Shown one piece after another: positions 26,050-39,494 of a stretch of DNA of 64,000 nt. The translations under genes were made by a program, and so were the position numbers. Source of the DNA: the human T2T-CHM13v2.0 reference genome, Homo sapiens; assembly GCF_009914755.1 (NCBI RefSeq), contig NC_060929.1; one strand, given 5' to 3'. Numbering within the stretch: position 1 is the first letter of the stretch; each line of letters starts with the position of its first letter. The notes under the pieces were generated by a model. The model was not told the origin of the DNA and did no database searches. It saw only the letters and a list, made by a program, of their open reading frames with translations.

Positions 26050-27830
26050 ATTTGTTACTTTATATTGAAGTATAATATACATACAAGTATACATGTATAT
26101 CTATAAATTTTTAAAAATTGCATGCATTCATGTTACTAATACCCATATCAAGAAACAGTCCATTTCCAGCACCCTAGAAGATGCCCTCATGCCTCTTTCC
26201 AAACACTGCCTCTAAGCTCAACACCATTCTGACTTTTATCATCATAATTTGTTGTATTATTACTTTATATAGTTTTTCATGTCTGACTTCTTTCATTCAT
26301 TATATTTGTTGCATGTTCTTATAGATCTTTCATTCTCATTCTACATAATATTCTCATTTTGTGACTATGCCATACTTTATCTGTTACACTGTTGAGTAGC
26401 TTCGGGCTACTCAAATTGGGTAAATTTACAAATCAGGTTTTGATGAACATTCTTGTATATATTTTGGTAAAAATCAGTATGCATTTCTGTTGGATTTTGC
26501 CTATGAGTGATATTGCTGAGTCTTGGTATATGTATATGTTCAAATTTAACAAATAACAGCAGTTTTACAAATCAGTTGTCCTAATTCACTCTCAACAGTA
26601 TTTGAGTGTTCCAGTTGCTTCACCGGCTCATCAATATATGGTATTGTCTTTAAGACATTCTGATAGGTATGCAGTGGCATGACATTGGAGCTTAATTGGC
26701 ATTTCCTCAATTATCGAGCTAGAACATCATCTCTATGTAAGTTGGCTACAAATATAAATATATATTTGCATATATTTGATTTTGTCCACATACTGATTCT
26801 GTTCATATAAATTGCAGATATATATATTTCTTTATATATTTGCATTTCATAGGTATGCAAACATATAATTGTTCAACTGTTTTGCTTATTCTACTGCTCT
26901 CTTTTAATTTTCAAAATTTGTTTATAAATTATGGATATAAGTACTCTTAGAGAAATGTATTATAAATATATTCTCCCACTCTCGGAGCTACCTTTTCCCT
27001 TCTATATGAGAGGGAAGACTTTCCCTCTATCCTCTGAGGGCTCAATAACTAAGTCTATGAAATAAACTGACAACAGGCAGATTCACAGTAGAAGAGGTAT
27101 ACACATTTCTTACCTGCACAGGGGCATCACAAGAAAGAAAAGTGAATAGCCAAAAACTCAGCGAGACCCAAAAGCTTACATTCCCTCTTCATGGGGAATG
27201 GGGGATGTAGGCAACTTAGGGAAGAACAAATGGCTTTTGGGAAAGACAAATGGGCCTTTTGAAAAACAAGTTACCATCTGTGACAACGTTTGTCTGGGTG
27301 TGGTATTGACCACTAGCCTGGAGATCAATGACAATTGAATCCTTTTGAAGAATGCATCCCTAGATAGATAAGGGGAGGCCAGATGAAGCCTCTCCCTGCA
27401 TCTGCTGTCCCCCGGGTGCCCTCAGTTTGAAGTAATCAGTATAGTAAGGTGGCATATTTGGGGATGCCATTTTGAAAACCCATTCACTCCCTTAATGCTC
27501 TCTCCTGATGAACAAAAGTTCTTCAATTTTACTGTAGATCAATTTTTAAATTTTAACTTCTATAGTGGACACTTTTTGTGTACATCTAAGAAATCTTTGC
27601 CTACAAAGAATCGTGAAAATGTTCTCCTATGCATGTGTTTCTAAACTTTAGTGGTTTACCTTTTTCATTTAGATGGAAATCCTTCTGTAAGTGATTTTCG
27701 GGTATGGTATGAGAGAGAAATAAAGATATTTCCATGGATATGCAATCCATCCAGCACTATTTATTGGATATCCATCCTTTTGTTTACTATACTTTCAAGA
27801 CATTTTTCATGACAATCATTCAGGTATCAA
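26050..27830 (-). mobile_element. Old L1M (L1ME/MC) 3' region, interrupted by an LTR
   Basis: ttatattgaagtataatatacatac...catttccagcacc...attctgataggtatgcagtggcat...aagaaatctttgccta. Confidence 0.8.
27007..27486 (-). mobile_element. MER34-family ERV1 solo LTR
   Basis: Minus strand begins tgaatggg...ccccaaatatgccacctt...tgattacttcaaactgagggca...cagcagatgcaggg. Confidence 0.72.
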
Positions 27831-29277
27831 TCTAGCATATTTTTAAAAAACGTGTCTGTAGTCAAGTTTAAATCTTAATTTGGAAAAATATAAATCCACG
27901 GACAAATAAATGATATTTGATATGATAAATGATAAATGTTTACATATTAAATTTCAGAATTGGGAACAAGATTTTTAAATGACTGAGGAGAAGTAATTAT
28001 ATTCTTTCCACTGGATGTTTTGTTATTTCAAATGTAACATTGATCTATAACAATAATCACTAATATTTCCCCATCCCCTTTGTCCTGAGGTCCAATTTAT
28101 CCCAAGAATGCCATGAAAACAGGCATTTGCCTAGGTTCCATAAAGGGATGTGTGAGGAAATTATCGCTCCCTTCAGCAGGCACAACTTTTTGCTTTCTTT
28201 CTCACTTCACCTGTTCAAATCTCCACTTATTTCCAAATGTATTGATATGTCTTCCTTTTCTAAATGATCATCAGCAACGTTTTTGCCTTAGTCTTGCCAA
28301 TGGAAATTCAGCTAGCATTTCATGAACATTTATTATCTATTGAGCAGTGTGGTAGTTTTCTCTTAAAATAATATTTATCATATGTAGACCCAAAGAGACT
28401 CCAAAAGAAATTACTTAATTTTTCAGCTGTAATCAGTACTAATATCTTAATGAAGTTATATTCCTTGAAAATTTGATGAAAGATTTTTTATCTCCTGAAA
28501 ATATGCATATATATAAAATTATAAATACAGTTTCAGAGGTTCCCAGGCTACTAGAGGCCATACACAGGTTGATGAATTTTCCGCTAGAGAACATCATTAT
28601 TTTTCTTTTTTGATGATTCTCCATGAGCATATTTAATGATTGAACATCACAGTGTATGCAACATGCTGCTTTATTGAGGATAATTTTATGGTTGCTCCTA
28701 GGGCTGAATAAATGATTCCATTATAAAAATGTGTTAAACTGGATATAATAGCTACTTTTCATTTTAAATGAATTTAGGATATTTCATTTTGATACTAAGA
28801 AGTTTCTAAAAATCCCCTTTCAAAAAGAAGTGTCATTAGGAGTAGACATTTCTTTCAATCATGTAATGATATACTTAGTGGTTGCCCTTCCATCCTATGT
28901 TTAAGGCACTGGCTAAGAGAAACACAGACTGCCATATTACCAGCTTTTTGCAAATGAATGAAAGAACAAAGCATAATTATAACAGAGCAAAGCAGCTGGT
29001 CCTTTCTTTAAAGAATCTAGAAGAATCAATTTATGTTACAAAAGATACCAATTTGTTATGACATTCAGAAATTCCACATAGAGCACTTTGTAGTGCCATA
29101 TTGAGTACAGACACACAGAAAGCCTCTCACACCTGAACACTAGAATGAAACAGAAAGCCTGCATGTGGTGTCAGATATAGCTGTGTATTGCAAAGAACTG
29201 CAACTTCAGTCTCTTATCCTCAAACAATCTCTTACTCCAAATCCCACTGTTTTAATTTTTTTCTTACTGCTCCACAG

Positions 29278-29427
29278 ATGCTAGAGCTGTCAGCCCTGAG
29301 TTTTATCTAATAGGAGCATTCTTTGCTTCACCAAAATAAAATCAAGCTCTGGGAATTAACACCTACTTAGATGTGACATCATAGAACCAGTGGATTAAAA
29401 CTTCTTCCACATGTTCCAGTTGCCTCC
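29278..29427 (+). ncRNA. Candidate non-coding exon (150 nt)
   Basis: Acceptor ttttaatttttttcttactgctccacAG, donor TCC|gtaagt; stop codons in all three frames; motif evidence only. Confidence 0.45.
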
Positions 29428-29499
29428 GTAAGTTAAGATTTTAAAAAACCAAAACTATTTTTACTACAAAGATTTTACATGTAGTTGTTCCTAAAATCA

Positions 29500-30027
29500 T
29501 GTCCTTTTTATGCCTAAAACTTTCCAAAAGCTTTCCTTTAGACATAAAATAAAATCCAAACTTTTTACCTTCACCTATAAAATTATACATGACTGAATCC
29601 CTGGATACCTCTCTGACCTATTCTCAGATCACTTTTCACCTTGATCATCATACTCTAATAACTGTTGCAAGAATCCAACAAACATGATCTCTCAGGGCCT
29701 TTGCCTTTGCTGTTCCCTCTGCCTGGAATGTTCTTCTCCCAGATATCCACATGGTCCACCCTTTGCATTCCTTTAGGTCTCTTTTCATATTTCACTTCTG
29801 ACTCTACCTAAAATCACAGACCATTTACCCTTTATCCTCTTTTTCTGTTTTATTTCCTCAGTATCACTTACTACCTAATATTGATTTACATGATTATCTT
29901 ACTTATGTTTAAAATATAAGCTTCATGAGGGTAGGCATTGTGTTAGTTTACTGTTATTCCATTGTGTCTAGAACTGTGCTTGGCAAATAGGGGACACTCA
30001 GTAAGCATTTGTTAAATGCATGAATGC
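29500..30027 (+). mobile_element. L2a 3' end
   Basis: cagggcctttgcctttgctgttccctctgcctggaatgttctt...gtgcttggcaaatag...atttgttaaatgcatgaatg. Confidence 0.85.
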
Positions 30028-30450
30028 TTCCTGAATCTTAACACAGGATGAATTTGCTAATTTTTACTCATAACCAAGGCTTTATGTATACCATTATAAG
30101 CAGTCTAGTAACTCAATAATTTCAACACATTTTTTTCAAATGAAACAAATATCAAAAGAGTATTAAAACAAAAGGGTTAACTCCATTCATGACATTTAAT
30201 TCATTGCAAGTACAGAGAGGATATAGTAAAATAGCAAATGACTTCAAAGGCAATTGTTGTCATTCTGTAGCCATTTTCTATGTATCAAAGTAATTCCTTT
30301 CTCTGAATCAAACTATACAGTAGGAACTTATTTTTAAAATAGGAATGACATTACGAAAACTTATGTAATAATTATTTCATGAAGAAATTTTAACACCATC
30401 TCTGCTAAGGGCTCATTACTAAGATGAAGTAAATGACCAACTTTTCCCAG

Positions 30451-30546
30451 ATAAATTGTATGCACAGAACTGGAGTTGCAGTATACCATAGCATATATAC
30501 ATCCATTTGGCACACTGCAGGTGCCAGTGGGACAACATACCAGAGT
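30451..30546 (+). other. Candidate exon (96 nt, open in phase 0)
   Basis: Acceptor aatgaccaacttttcccAG, donor AGT|gtaagt; reads INCMHRTGVAVYHSIYTSIWHTAGASGTTYQS, which I do not recognise. Confidence 0.45.
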
Positions 30547-30914
30547 GTAAGTCTTCCTGATCATTTTCATGATGTCCTCAGTTATTTACCTTGTAATAAG
30601 CTTGTAAACGTCTATGATTGTTTTTGAGTCATCCCAATGCAGTCATGTAATAACAACATGTATTTTAAATGAAACTTGGGGATTTTCCTCCATACCTGAA
30701 TCTCTAGTATTCACATAAATGAAAAATCAAAATTAGGATAAGTTAGTGTCAAACATTAATGGATTTTTACAATGCTAATTGGTGTTCCTTTTTAAATTAT
30801 TGCTGCCTACAGACACATAGCTATAGTTCCATGCACTTTCAACCACCAATGCTGCCAGGCTAGTAAAGCAGTTAATGTATATTTGGGGTTAATTATCAGA
30901 ATCACCAGAAACAA

Positions 30915-32723
30915 TTTTTTTAATTTTTAAAATATTTTATTTTTCCACAGATTATTGGGGTACAGATGCTGTTTGATTACATAAGTTCTTTACTGGTGAT
31001 TTGAGAGATTTGGGTGCACCCAACATCCGAGCAGTATACATTATTCCCTATGTATAGTTTCTTACCCCTCGCCCCCTCCCACCTTTCCCCCCAAGTCCTG
31101 AAAGTCCATTGTATCATTCTTATGCCTTTGTGTTCTCATAGCTTAGCTCCCACATATCCATGAGGACATATGATGTTTGGCTTTTCCATTCCTGAGTTGT
31201 CTCACTTAGAATAGTAAGACTACTATTCTAAGTAAGACTCAAGAGACTCCAGTCTCATCCAGGTTGCTGTGAATGCTGTTAATTCATTCCTTTTATGGCT
31301 GAGCAGTGTCCATTGTGTGTGTGTGTGTGTGTATGTGTGTATATATATGTGTGTGTGTATATATATATATATATATCTCACAGTTTCTTTATCCACTCAT
31401 CGATTAATGGGCATTTGTGTTGGTTCCACATTTTTGCAATTGTGAATTGTGCTGCAATAAACATATGTATGCAAGTATCTTTTTCATATAATGACTTATT
31501 TTCCTCAGGGTAGATACCCTGTAGTGGGATTGTGGATCAAATTGTAGTTCTACTTTTAGCTCTTTAAGGAATCTCCACACTGTTTTCCGTAGTGGCTGTA
31601 CTAGTTTACATTTCCACCAGCAGTGTAGAAGTGTTCCCTGATCACAGCATCCAAGCTAAAAGATCTCTACAAGGAAAACTACAAAATACTGCCGAAAGAA
31701 ATCATAAATGACACAAACAAATGAAAACACATTCCATGATCATGGATGGGTAGAACCAATATTCTGAAAATGACCATACTGCCAAAAGCAATCTACAAAT
31801 TCAATGCAATCCCCATCAAAATATCACCATCATTCTTCACAGAATTAGAGAAAAATTCAAAAATTCATATGGAACCATGAAAAGATAAAAACAAACAAAC
31901 AAAAAGAGCCCATATAGCCAAAGCAAGGCTAAGCAAAAAGAACAAATCTGGAGGCATCACACACACACCCGATTTCAAACTATACTATAAGGCCATAGTC
32001 ACTAAAACAGTGGGGTAGTGGTATAAAAATAGACACACAGACCAATGGAGCAGAATAGAGAACCCAGAAATAAACCCAAATACTTACAGCCAACTGATCT
32101 TCAACAAGGCAAACAAAAACATAGAGTGGGGAAAGGAAACTCTCTTCAACAAATGGTGCTGGGATAATTGGCTAGCCACATGTAGGAAAATGAAATTGGA
32201 TCCTCATCTCTCACTTAACATAAAAATCAACTCAAGAAGGATTAAGTACTTAAATCTAAGACCTGAAAGTATAAAAATTCTAGAAGATAACATTGGAAAA
32301 ACCCTTCTAGACATTGGCTTAGGCAAGGATTTCATGACCAAGGACCCAAAAGCAAATGCAATAAAAACAAAGATGAATAGCTGGAACTCAATTAAACTAA
32401 AGAGCTTTTGCACAGCAAAAGGAACAGTCAGCGGAGTATACAGACAACCCACAAAGTGGGAGAAAATATTCACAATCTATACATCTTACCAAGGACTATT
32501 ACTCAGAATCTACAATGAACTCTAACAAATCAGCAAGAAATAAACAAACAACCCCATCCAAAAGTGGGCTAAGAACATGAATAGACACTTCTCAAAAGAA
32601 GATATACCAATGGCCAACAAACATATTAAAAATGCTCAACATCACTAATGATCTGGGAAGTGCAAATCAAAACCACAATGCAATACCACCTTATTCCTGC
32701 AAGAATGGATATAATCATAATAA
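30915..32723 (-). mobile_element. L1PB1-like element with 5' inversion (3' part on - strand 30915-31653; inverted ORF2 part on + strand 31654-32723)
   Basis: L1PB 3'UTR on the - strand switches abruptly to + strand ORF2 (ORF 32190-32525, MKLDPHLS...); probable TSD agaaacaatttt/agaaaaaatttt. Confidence 0.92.
31315..31376. repeat. (TG)n/(TA)n compound microsatellite inside L1
   Basis: Direct reading of the sequence. Confidence 0.95.
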
Positions 32724-34955
32724 AGAAAAAATTTTCATGGTCAGAGTATTTATTGTGCCATGTAACAGTAGTGTTACTTTAAGATCAAATTAACTTTATT
32801 TGAAAATAACTTTTGAGTTTCTATATGTTTAGTTTTCATTTTATTAAGAAGTGTGGTTTCTATAGGTGGGAAGACTAAGTTTGGCTGTGAAGGAAATTAG
32901 GGAAATAGAATTGGGTTATAAGCTGGGACTGACATTTATGAAGAAAAAAAGGATTTGAAAATATTTAAGAGAAAATCTTAAATGATAGGAGCTGGCCAAA
33001 ATGGGCACTGCATGAGACAAGGAAAGAGGTGACAACTCAGGTGACATGGTGGAGAACAACAGTGTGCTCTTTTTGGTAGTTTGATGTTGGGAATGTGATA
33101 TATATACTTCCTTATCTATCTCCCCTGTGAAATTCTTATTAAAAGATACTCGATCACTAATAGTGACACTGCATGGGTTGATTCCTTACGAAAACTGGAA
33201 GAAGGACTGACCAGTATACATATGGATATGGGAATAACAGGCAAATAATTCACGAACACATAATTAGAGATGGTAGGAGGGCTGATATCTGGATTAAGTA
33301 ATCTTTTTGATTCACCTTACTTCCAGAATTCAAACAACCATTACCTGCTTTCACCAAAAGCCTGTTTTTCCGCAACAAAATAACTTTGAAACAATTTGAA
33401 TACCATACTTACAAAACTCATTTATAAAACTGAGCATTAATAAATTTTGCCTTTGAGAAAATTATGCCCAGTTAGCAATTTTATAATCTATCCAAGACTT
33501 AAAATAAATTTATTTGAAAATATTTTAAATAAAAAGACAATAATGACTTCCATGCATAGTGAATTTTTGGCAACCTTTAACTCTGTTAAGATCATAAATT
33601 CCATGCCAGAAGCCCCTAGAAATAAGAAATAATGTATACTTCCTTTCCATAGTACTCCTTTTAATCAAGATGTCACCCTTCAAATACAGTTTTCCCAAGC
33701 AGCTTTCCCCAGTGATGAGTTTATGACTCAATGAAGCACACATTCTCCTGCCCCAAAATTGAAGATGCTTCATTACAGACATAATAAAGTTAAATGGACA
33801 AGTCACACGCCTCACAACAGAAGGCTCCTACTGTTCTTACAATAACTAAATGTCCCTAATTTACCTTTATTCAAAGAAAGAAGATATACTATTTGATTAA
33901 TCACCTAAACCCAACTTAACATAAAAAGACTTTTCATATGTGAAAAAAATCACACAGAGGCTGACTGTTTTGTGAATAGAAAATACACAAAGAAGCATAA
34001 TCATTTCTCAATTTATGCTTTCTGAAAGTGAGCGTCATCAGGCCCAGGTGCGGCTGCTGAGAACTAAACAAGGTGGAAGAGGAATAAGGAGAGTTGAAAG
34101 GGCAAAGCTTTGTTTGCCTGTCTATAATAAGAAAGATTGTCCTTCACACATCCCACACAGAATAGAGTTTGGGAGGTATTTATTTTGGCAGGAGGGGAAA
34201 GAAATGGAGAGCCAATGTGAAGACACTGCAATAATCATTAAAAGATCTATTCAATAGAGAAAGAGTTTAGGATAATAAATTACAAAGAGTTATAGAAGAC
34301 AAATATAAGGAAAAGTAATTGACTAAATAGAAAGGGAACTTAAAGAGTTATTAGCATTGAGTTGCATGGAAACAACTATTCTTCAGATGCTGTATTTAAG
34401 TTCCACATTTAAAGCAAAACAAAAAAATCCTTCTATTTTTTAATTCAATAATTGTTATATTTTCCTCTGAAAATGTTCCATAACTCATAGTGATAGCTCT
34501 TTCTTCTCTGGTTTGCTTTTTCCGAAGGTTATTTATTTTAAATGATAAATGAAGAAACATCCTAATATTTTGTAAATAGAGATCATTTTTGTTAGCAACC
34601 TTAAATAGAATTTCTTAGAGTATAATACACAGGAATGTAACCATTATCTTTACCACTGATATTCAGTCTGTTTTTACATTTTATGTGAGGAAATGCTTCT
34701 ATTGTGTGAAATTTACTAAGGGCACCTACCATGTTTCATTGGAACTAGAGTTTATAGCTACTATAGTGGAGGATATGGACAGTAAGAATAATAAAAGTTT
34801 TGGTAAATAAATAATTTATTTCTACTTCTACAATGGTAAAGGAAACTCCTCAGGACTTTTCATATGTTATTTTTAGATCAACATCTATTCTCACATTTAC
34901 AAGACAATATTTTACTCATGCCAATATATAAACACAGACTTTAAAAATCATATAG

Positions 34956-35236
34956 CAGTATTTCTTCAAGCTTGTTATTTAGAATTTTTCCATGATACAT
35001 TGGTAGGTGTTTCAGAGAAAAATGAATCTTGTTCAACTAAGTTTGAAATAACTAAATTAACAGATTTCTTGTTTACTTGAGGACTTCTCAAAACATTTGG
35101 TATGCTCAAGCATTTAACGAATTTAAGAGGCAATAGATTATGCAGGCTTTCACATTTTATTTAATCAGGAAACCATTACACTAAGCATTTATCCTGTGAT
35201 ATTAGTGTTGTGCAGAAAATGCTTTGGTAAATGCTA
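34956..35236 (+). mobile_element. MER103C-like hAT MITE
   Basis: taggtgtt...aagtttg...ggacttctcaaaacattt...attagtgtt...ctttggtaaatgct; strand nominal. Confidence 0.6.
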
Positions 35237-35869
35237 TTCTATTTATTCATAAAATAGATAAATCTATAGTTGTAAATGTGCTATTGCAGATCTACATACT
35301 ATTTATTCCTAGATGTTGTATGTTAGAGATCATGAAATATATTAACCCTACTCTTTCAAACATCACACACAATGAGAATTCCTTGCTCTATACATGTGGA
35401 AATGCAATTATGCTCAGCAAATTGAGGGAAACTAACCGATGGAAGATTCCTTCAGCTAAGACTTATATTTTCCCCAGTAGTTTCTATAGGCTAATATGAA
35501 AAGTGCTCTTGGATCCTTCAATTCACATCTCTGTAAAAAGAAACAGCTAGAAAGAATGGAGTAAAATTTTTGTTTATGAGATCATGTTTTGGGTCACAGT
35601 GTTATTTAGAGTGAAGGTTTGAGAAAGTATAATCTAATACAGTTTACTGATTGTTGTAAAATAACTCAAAGTCATAAAATGAGACTGAGGCACTAAATAT
35701 GCCAATCATTTCTAACAAACAAAGATGTGGTTCACTCTCAAATTGTGCCCTAAGCTGCTTACAAGATTTGTTTTCACATTTAGTGTTCAGGCATGTATTT
35801 TTGATAATCCTACAAAATGCAGGCTAAATTGTACTATTCAGATAAGCACAATGTATCTTTGCATGTACA

Positions 35870-36085
35870 TAAGGCCTCCACTTAAGTCGCTTAGTAGGGT
35901 GTGATCTTGGGTGAAATACTTAATTTTTCTGCATCTCAGAGTCTTCATAAGTAAAATAGGAAAAAAATAATAATCATATGCACACACATTCAGACACACA
36001 TGCCATAAAGTTACTGTGAGGATTAAATGAGTTAACATACATAAAGCATTTAAGACAATTCTTGGCACAGAGTAAATATTCAATA
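35870..36085 (+). mobile_element. MIRb
   Basis: gtgtgatcttggg...tgtgaggattaaatgagttaacatacataaagcatttaagacaattcttggcacagagtaa. Confidence 0.85.
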
Positions 36086-37520
36086 CGCTTTAGACACTAT
36101 CATATGTGACGTACTATGCTAGTTACTGGGGATGCACACAATAGTAAGCAAGGCAGACAAACTCTGTGACCCCAGGAAGCTAGCAGTCCACTATGAAAGA
36201 GAGACAAATAAACCAAAGAAACGAACAAATACATAAATGCAAGTGTAAATGGTATAATAGAAACAGCATATGGCCATTGAAAACTATATTAGGGATCCCA
36301 CCATACTGTACCTAGGTTAAGGAGAACACCTCCGAAGAAGACATTTCAACTGATATTTAGAAACAAACAGATGACAATAATGTGAAGAATGTGAGAAAGC
36401 ACATTCCAAATAAAAGAACAGAACGTAGAAATGCCTTGAAATAGGAGTAAATTTAGAGAGCCACTGTTCTGCCAGGAACAAGTGGCATACTCACAGTAGG
36501 CTAATTAGAAGAGGAATTATTAAAGGGATGATTTGCAGTTCTGAGCAGGGAACACAGTGTCCTGGTCGTATTAAGCGAAACTATTACCATCTTTAAAAGG
36601 ATGAGATTGGGCAGTGCCTACCAGAACCCAAAATAAGAGAGATCAGGCCACCTTGAAAGGACTTGACCTTCCAATGGATGGAGTCAGCCAGAGACGGCTG
36701 CACAGGGAGAGAATGAGGGAAAAAAATAATCTCTCCCTCACATCTGCTAAGGCACCCTGTCAGTCAACCCAGTGAGCTACACAGCAAAGAGAGCATTGAT
36801 GTGGTCTATAAAGACCTACTAGGGCAGAGAGCAAGTTGGAGAAAGAAGGAGAGAGGAAAAATAGAGGAACACTGAAAGAAATCTAGCATGAATGGAATAT
36901 AGTAGTGAGAAGAGGAGTGCTACCAATAAGAGTAGATAGGCAGGGAATAAATTACTCAGAAGACAAAAGGGATTTATAACTTATTCTAAATGCAATGAGA
37001 AGTCATGGAAGGATTTTAAGGGAATTACATAATCCAATTTGTATTTTAACAGATTACTCTGCCTGGTATGTTAAAAACACCTTGGAAGGTGTAGCAATAA
37101 TCTAGACAAAAAGTCTGATGATGGCTTACATTCAAGTGAGGACAGTGGAGATGGAGAGACGTGGGCACATTCAAGTTGAGAACAGAACTGACAGAATCTC
37201 CCCTGGGATTTGATGTTGGGTAACAGAAAGGGAGAAATCAAAGATGAATACTAGATTTTCAGCTTGAGCGACAGGTTGAATGTCCCTCAGCGGGTAGAAA
37301 CAGACTTGAGAGGCGAGGATAAGAAATTCAATCTGGGATATGTTAAGTTTGAAATGATCTGGGACATCAGATGAGAATGTCGAATAAGTAGCAAAATACC
37401 TACATTCCCACTGAGAGAAGTTGTCTGGCCTGGGAACAGAGTTATCAGAATGTGGCAGTAATTAACACCATGCCAGAAGAATTAATGAGATCACCTAGGG
37501 AGAGTATTATGAGGAAACAG
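36086..37520 (-). mobile_element. L2, interrupted by an LTR
   Basis: tactatgctagttactggggatgca...tgcaatgagaagtcatggaaggattttaag...atgttaagtttgaaatg...gagatcacctagggagag. Confidence 0.8.
36463..36875 (-). mobile_element. LTR33/LTR41-like ERVL LTR
   Basis: ccaggaacaagtggcatactca...taaaggga...gcattgatgtggtctata...gggcagagagcaagttggagaa. Confidence 0.6.
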
Positions 37521-37577
37521 AAAAGATTAGCTCTGATTTATCCAAACCATTTTTATATAAATTAGTTGGATTTAAAG

Positions 37578-37965
37578 CAGAGATAGTAACATTTTTTATG
37601 CCATGGATGCCTTTGGAGATCTGATGAAACCTACAGACCCCATCTGAGATAATATTTCTCAATGCCTAAAGTAAAATATATAGGATAATGAAAGAAACTA
37701 ATTATTTTGAAGTACATTTATCAAAATTTAAAATCAAATTTATAACAAAGTTAATTATTTTATTTTTAATGCATTAAAAACTGCATAGGTAAGTCTAGTA
37801 ACTACCATAATTTCAATGTAGTAATAAGTGCAAATTATATTTTGTAATATCTGTGACAACTAGAAGAGGGTATAAAAATCTGCCATTTCTATTCAACATA
37901 TTCTGATTCTATTGTGTGCATGCCTACATTTAAAATGAAGGAAATATTAAACATCAGTTGGGGTA
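37578..37965. mobile_element. hAT-Charlie DNA transposon fragment (Charlie4-like)
   Basis: catggatgcctttggagatctgatgaaacctacagacccc...aaaatatataggat...gaaactaattattttgaa. Confidence 0.55.
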
Positions 37966-38341
37966 CTCTCTACCCTCAAGGAGGTAATGGTCTTGGTAAT
38001 ATTAGGAGTAGGAGAAAGTGGGGAGGACAAACAAGTCATTAGATCATTGCACTGTAATGAGAGAACATTTGGGAAACAGGAATGCATCATGAGTGATTGG
38101 AACGCAGTGGAAGTCCTATAAAGTCTTCTTAGAGATGCCTCTATAGCCATATCAATAAGGAAGTGTGTGTTTAGCATTTCACATAAAGTACCATGAGAAT
38201 CTGAAACAGTAATGAAAAGCAGCAATATCACAGCTATGCCATGCATTGTCCTTGTGTTCTGCATGAGAATATACGTCAGGGAGTCTCACAACTGCTCTTT
38301 CTTCCACTCTCCCAAATAGCATCCTGAGCTTTGTCTGCCTG

Positions 38342-38400
38342 CATCAAAATATCTCATGTACCCCATAAATATGTATACCTACTATGAACTCACAGAAAAG
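38342..38400 (+). mobile_element. Tiny L1MA 3'-terminal fragment
   Basis: catcaaaatatctcatgtaccccataaatatgtatacctactatg. Confidence 0.75.
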
Positions 38401-38469
38401 AATCCTTTAAACTTACTAATCACTGTATATGAAACTTATTTAATTCACTTACATTATTGCACACATTGG

Positions 38470-38760
38470 CTTCTCACTTCAAATTTTTGTTCAAATGTCA
38501 CCTTACCAATGAGGCCTCCCCACACCCCTCAATACAAAACAGCCCATTTTCCCATCATTCTCTACCTGCTTGGTTCCACATTACTTATCATTGCCTAAAA
38601 TTATATTCTGAGAAGAGAATAGTAGCTTATTGTCAGGCTCCCCACTACAAGGTAAACTTCATAAGGGCTATGATTTGGTCTTGTTCAGAGCTGTTTCCAT
38701 AATACCTAGATAAGTGATTGTCACATGGTAATAACAGTACTGATTGTTGTTTAAAAAATT
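38470..38760 (+). mobile_element. L2 3' fragment
   Basis: tcaaatgtcaccttaccaatgaggcct...tcccccactacaaggtaaacttcataagggc. Confidence 0.65.
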
Positions 38761-39494
38761 AGTTAATGTACATATTGTTTAAGGATTTATTTGTCCTCAC
38801 CCAATTGTAACCATGACTACAACCCTGTCTCACATGTCCATGTCTCTCAGTATCCTTGTCTTGTGTATGTGACACAACATACCCCTCGTCCTTGTAGATA
38901 CTACAAAAACCATCCCTTGATGCTACATCTTGCTATTCCATCCCCACCTTCTGTTGAAGTTCCCTGCCTTCACCCACTGAAAAGCTAACATTCTGGAGTA
39001 TCACTATCTTTAAATATCTTACTCCAGTATAATACCCTGCTTATCTCTGAGGATGATGATACCATCACACGCTACATCCCTGCATCAGGTTAGACTGGGA
39101 CCTTTTCTCATAATGCTGCTGGCAATATGACTTCACAGTACACCGCAGACACCAAGGTAAGGCTTCACAGCAACACTGAGTTCTACTGCTTCCTGGTTCT
39201 TGTCTTCGCCACCCCCACCCCGCTCCAATGATCTATTTTCTCTCTAGGCTCTACTACATTTAGTTATTATTTTTTCTTCATTTTTAAATTTCTTTGCATA
39301 ATCATATATACAACTGGGCAAATAGCCCTCCTTTATCACCCACATGCCTACTTTAATCATTGCTCATGCATCGATTATGGTTTATCTGTCCATGACAGAT
39401 ATTATATCAGTGGCAAACTACTAGCAGTGTGGCGTAAATAGTGCTCAATTATTTTTGTAAGAAGAAAAACAGGAAGAGAGTAAGGCAAGAACTT

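Noticed and set aside
38898-39161. Possible + strand exon ending at AAG|gtaagg
   Set aside because: Acceptor is ambiguous and there is no further support
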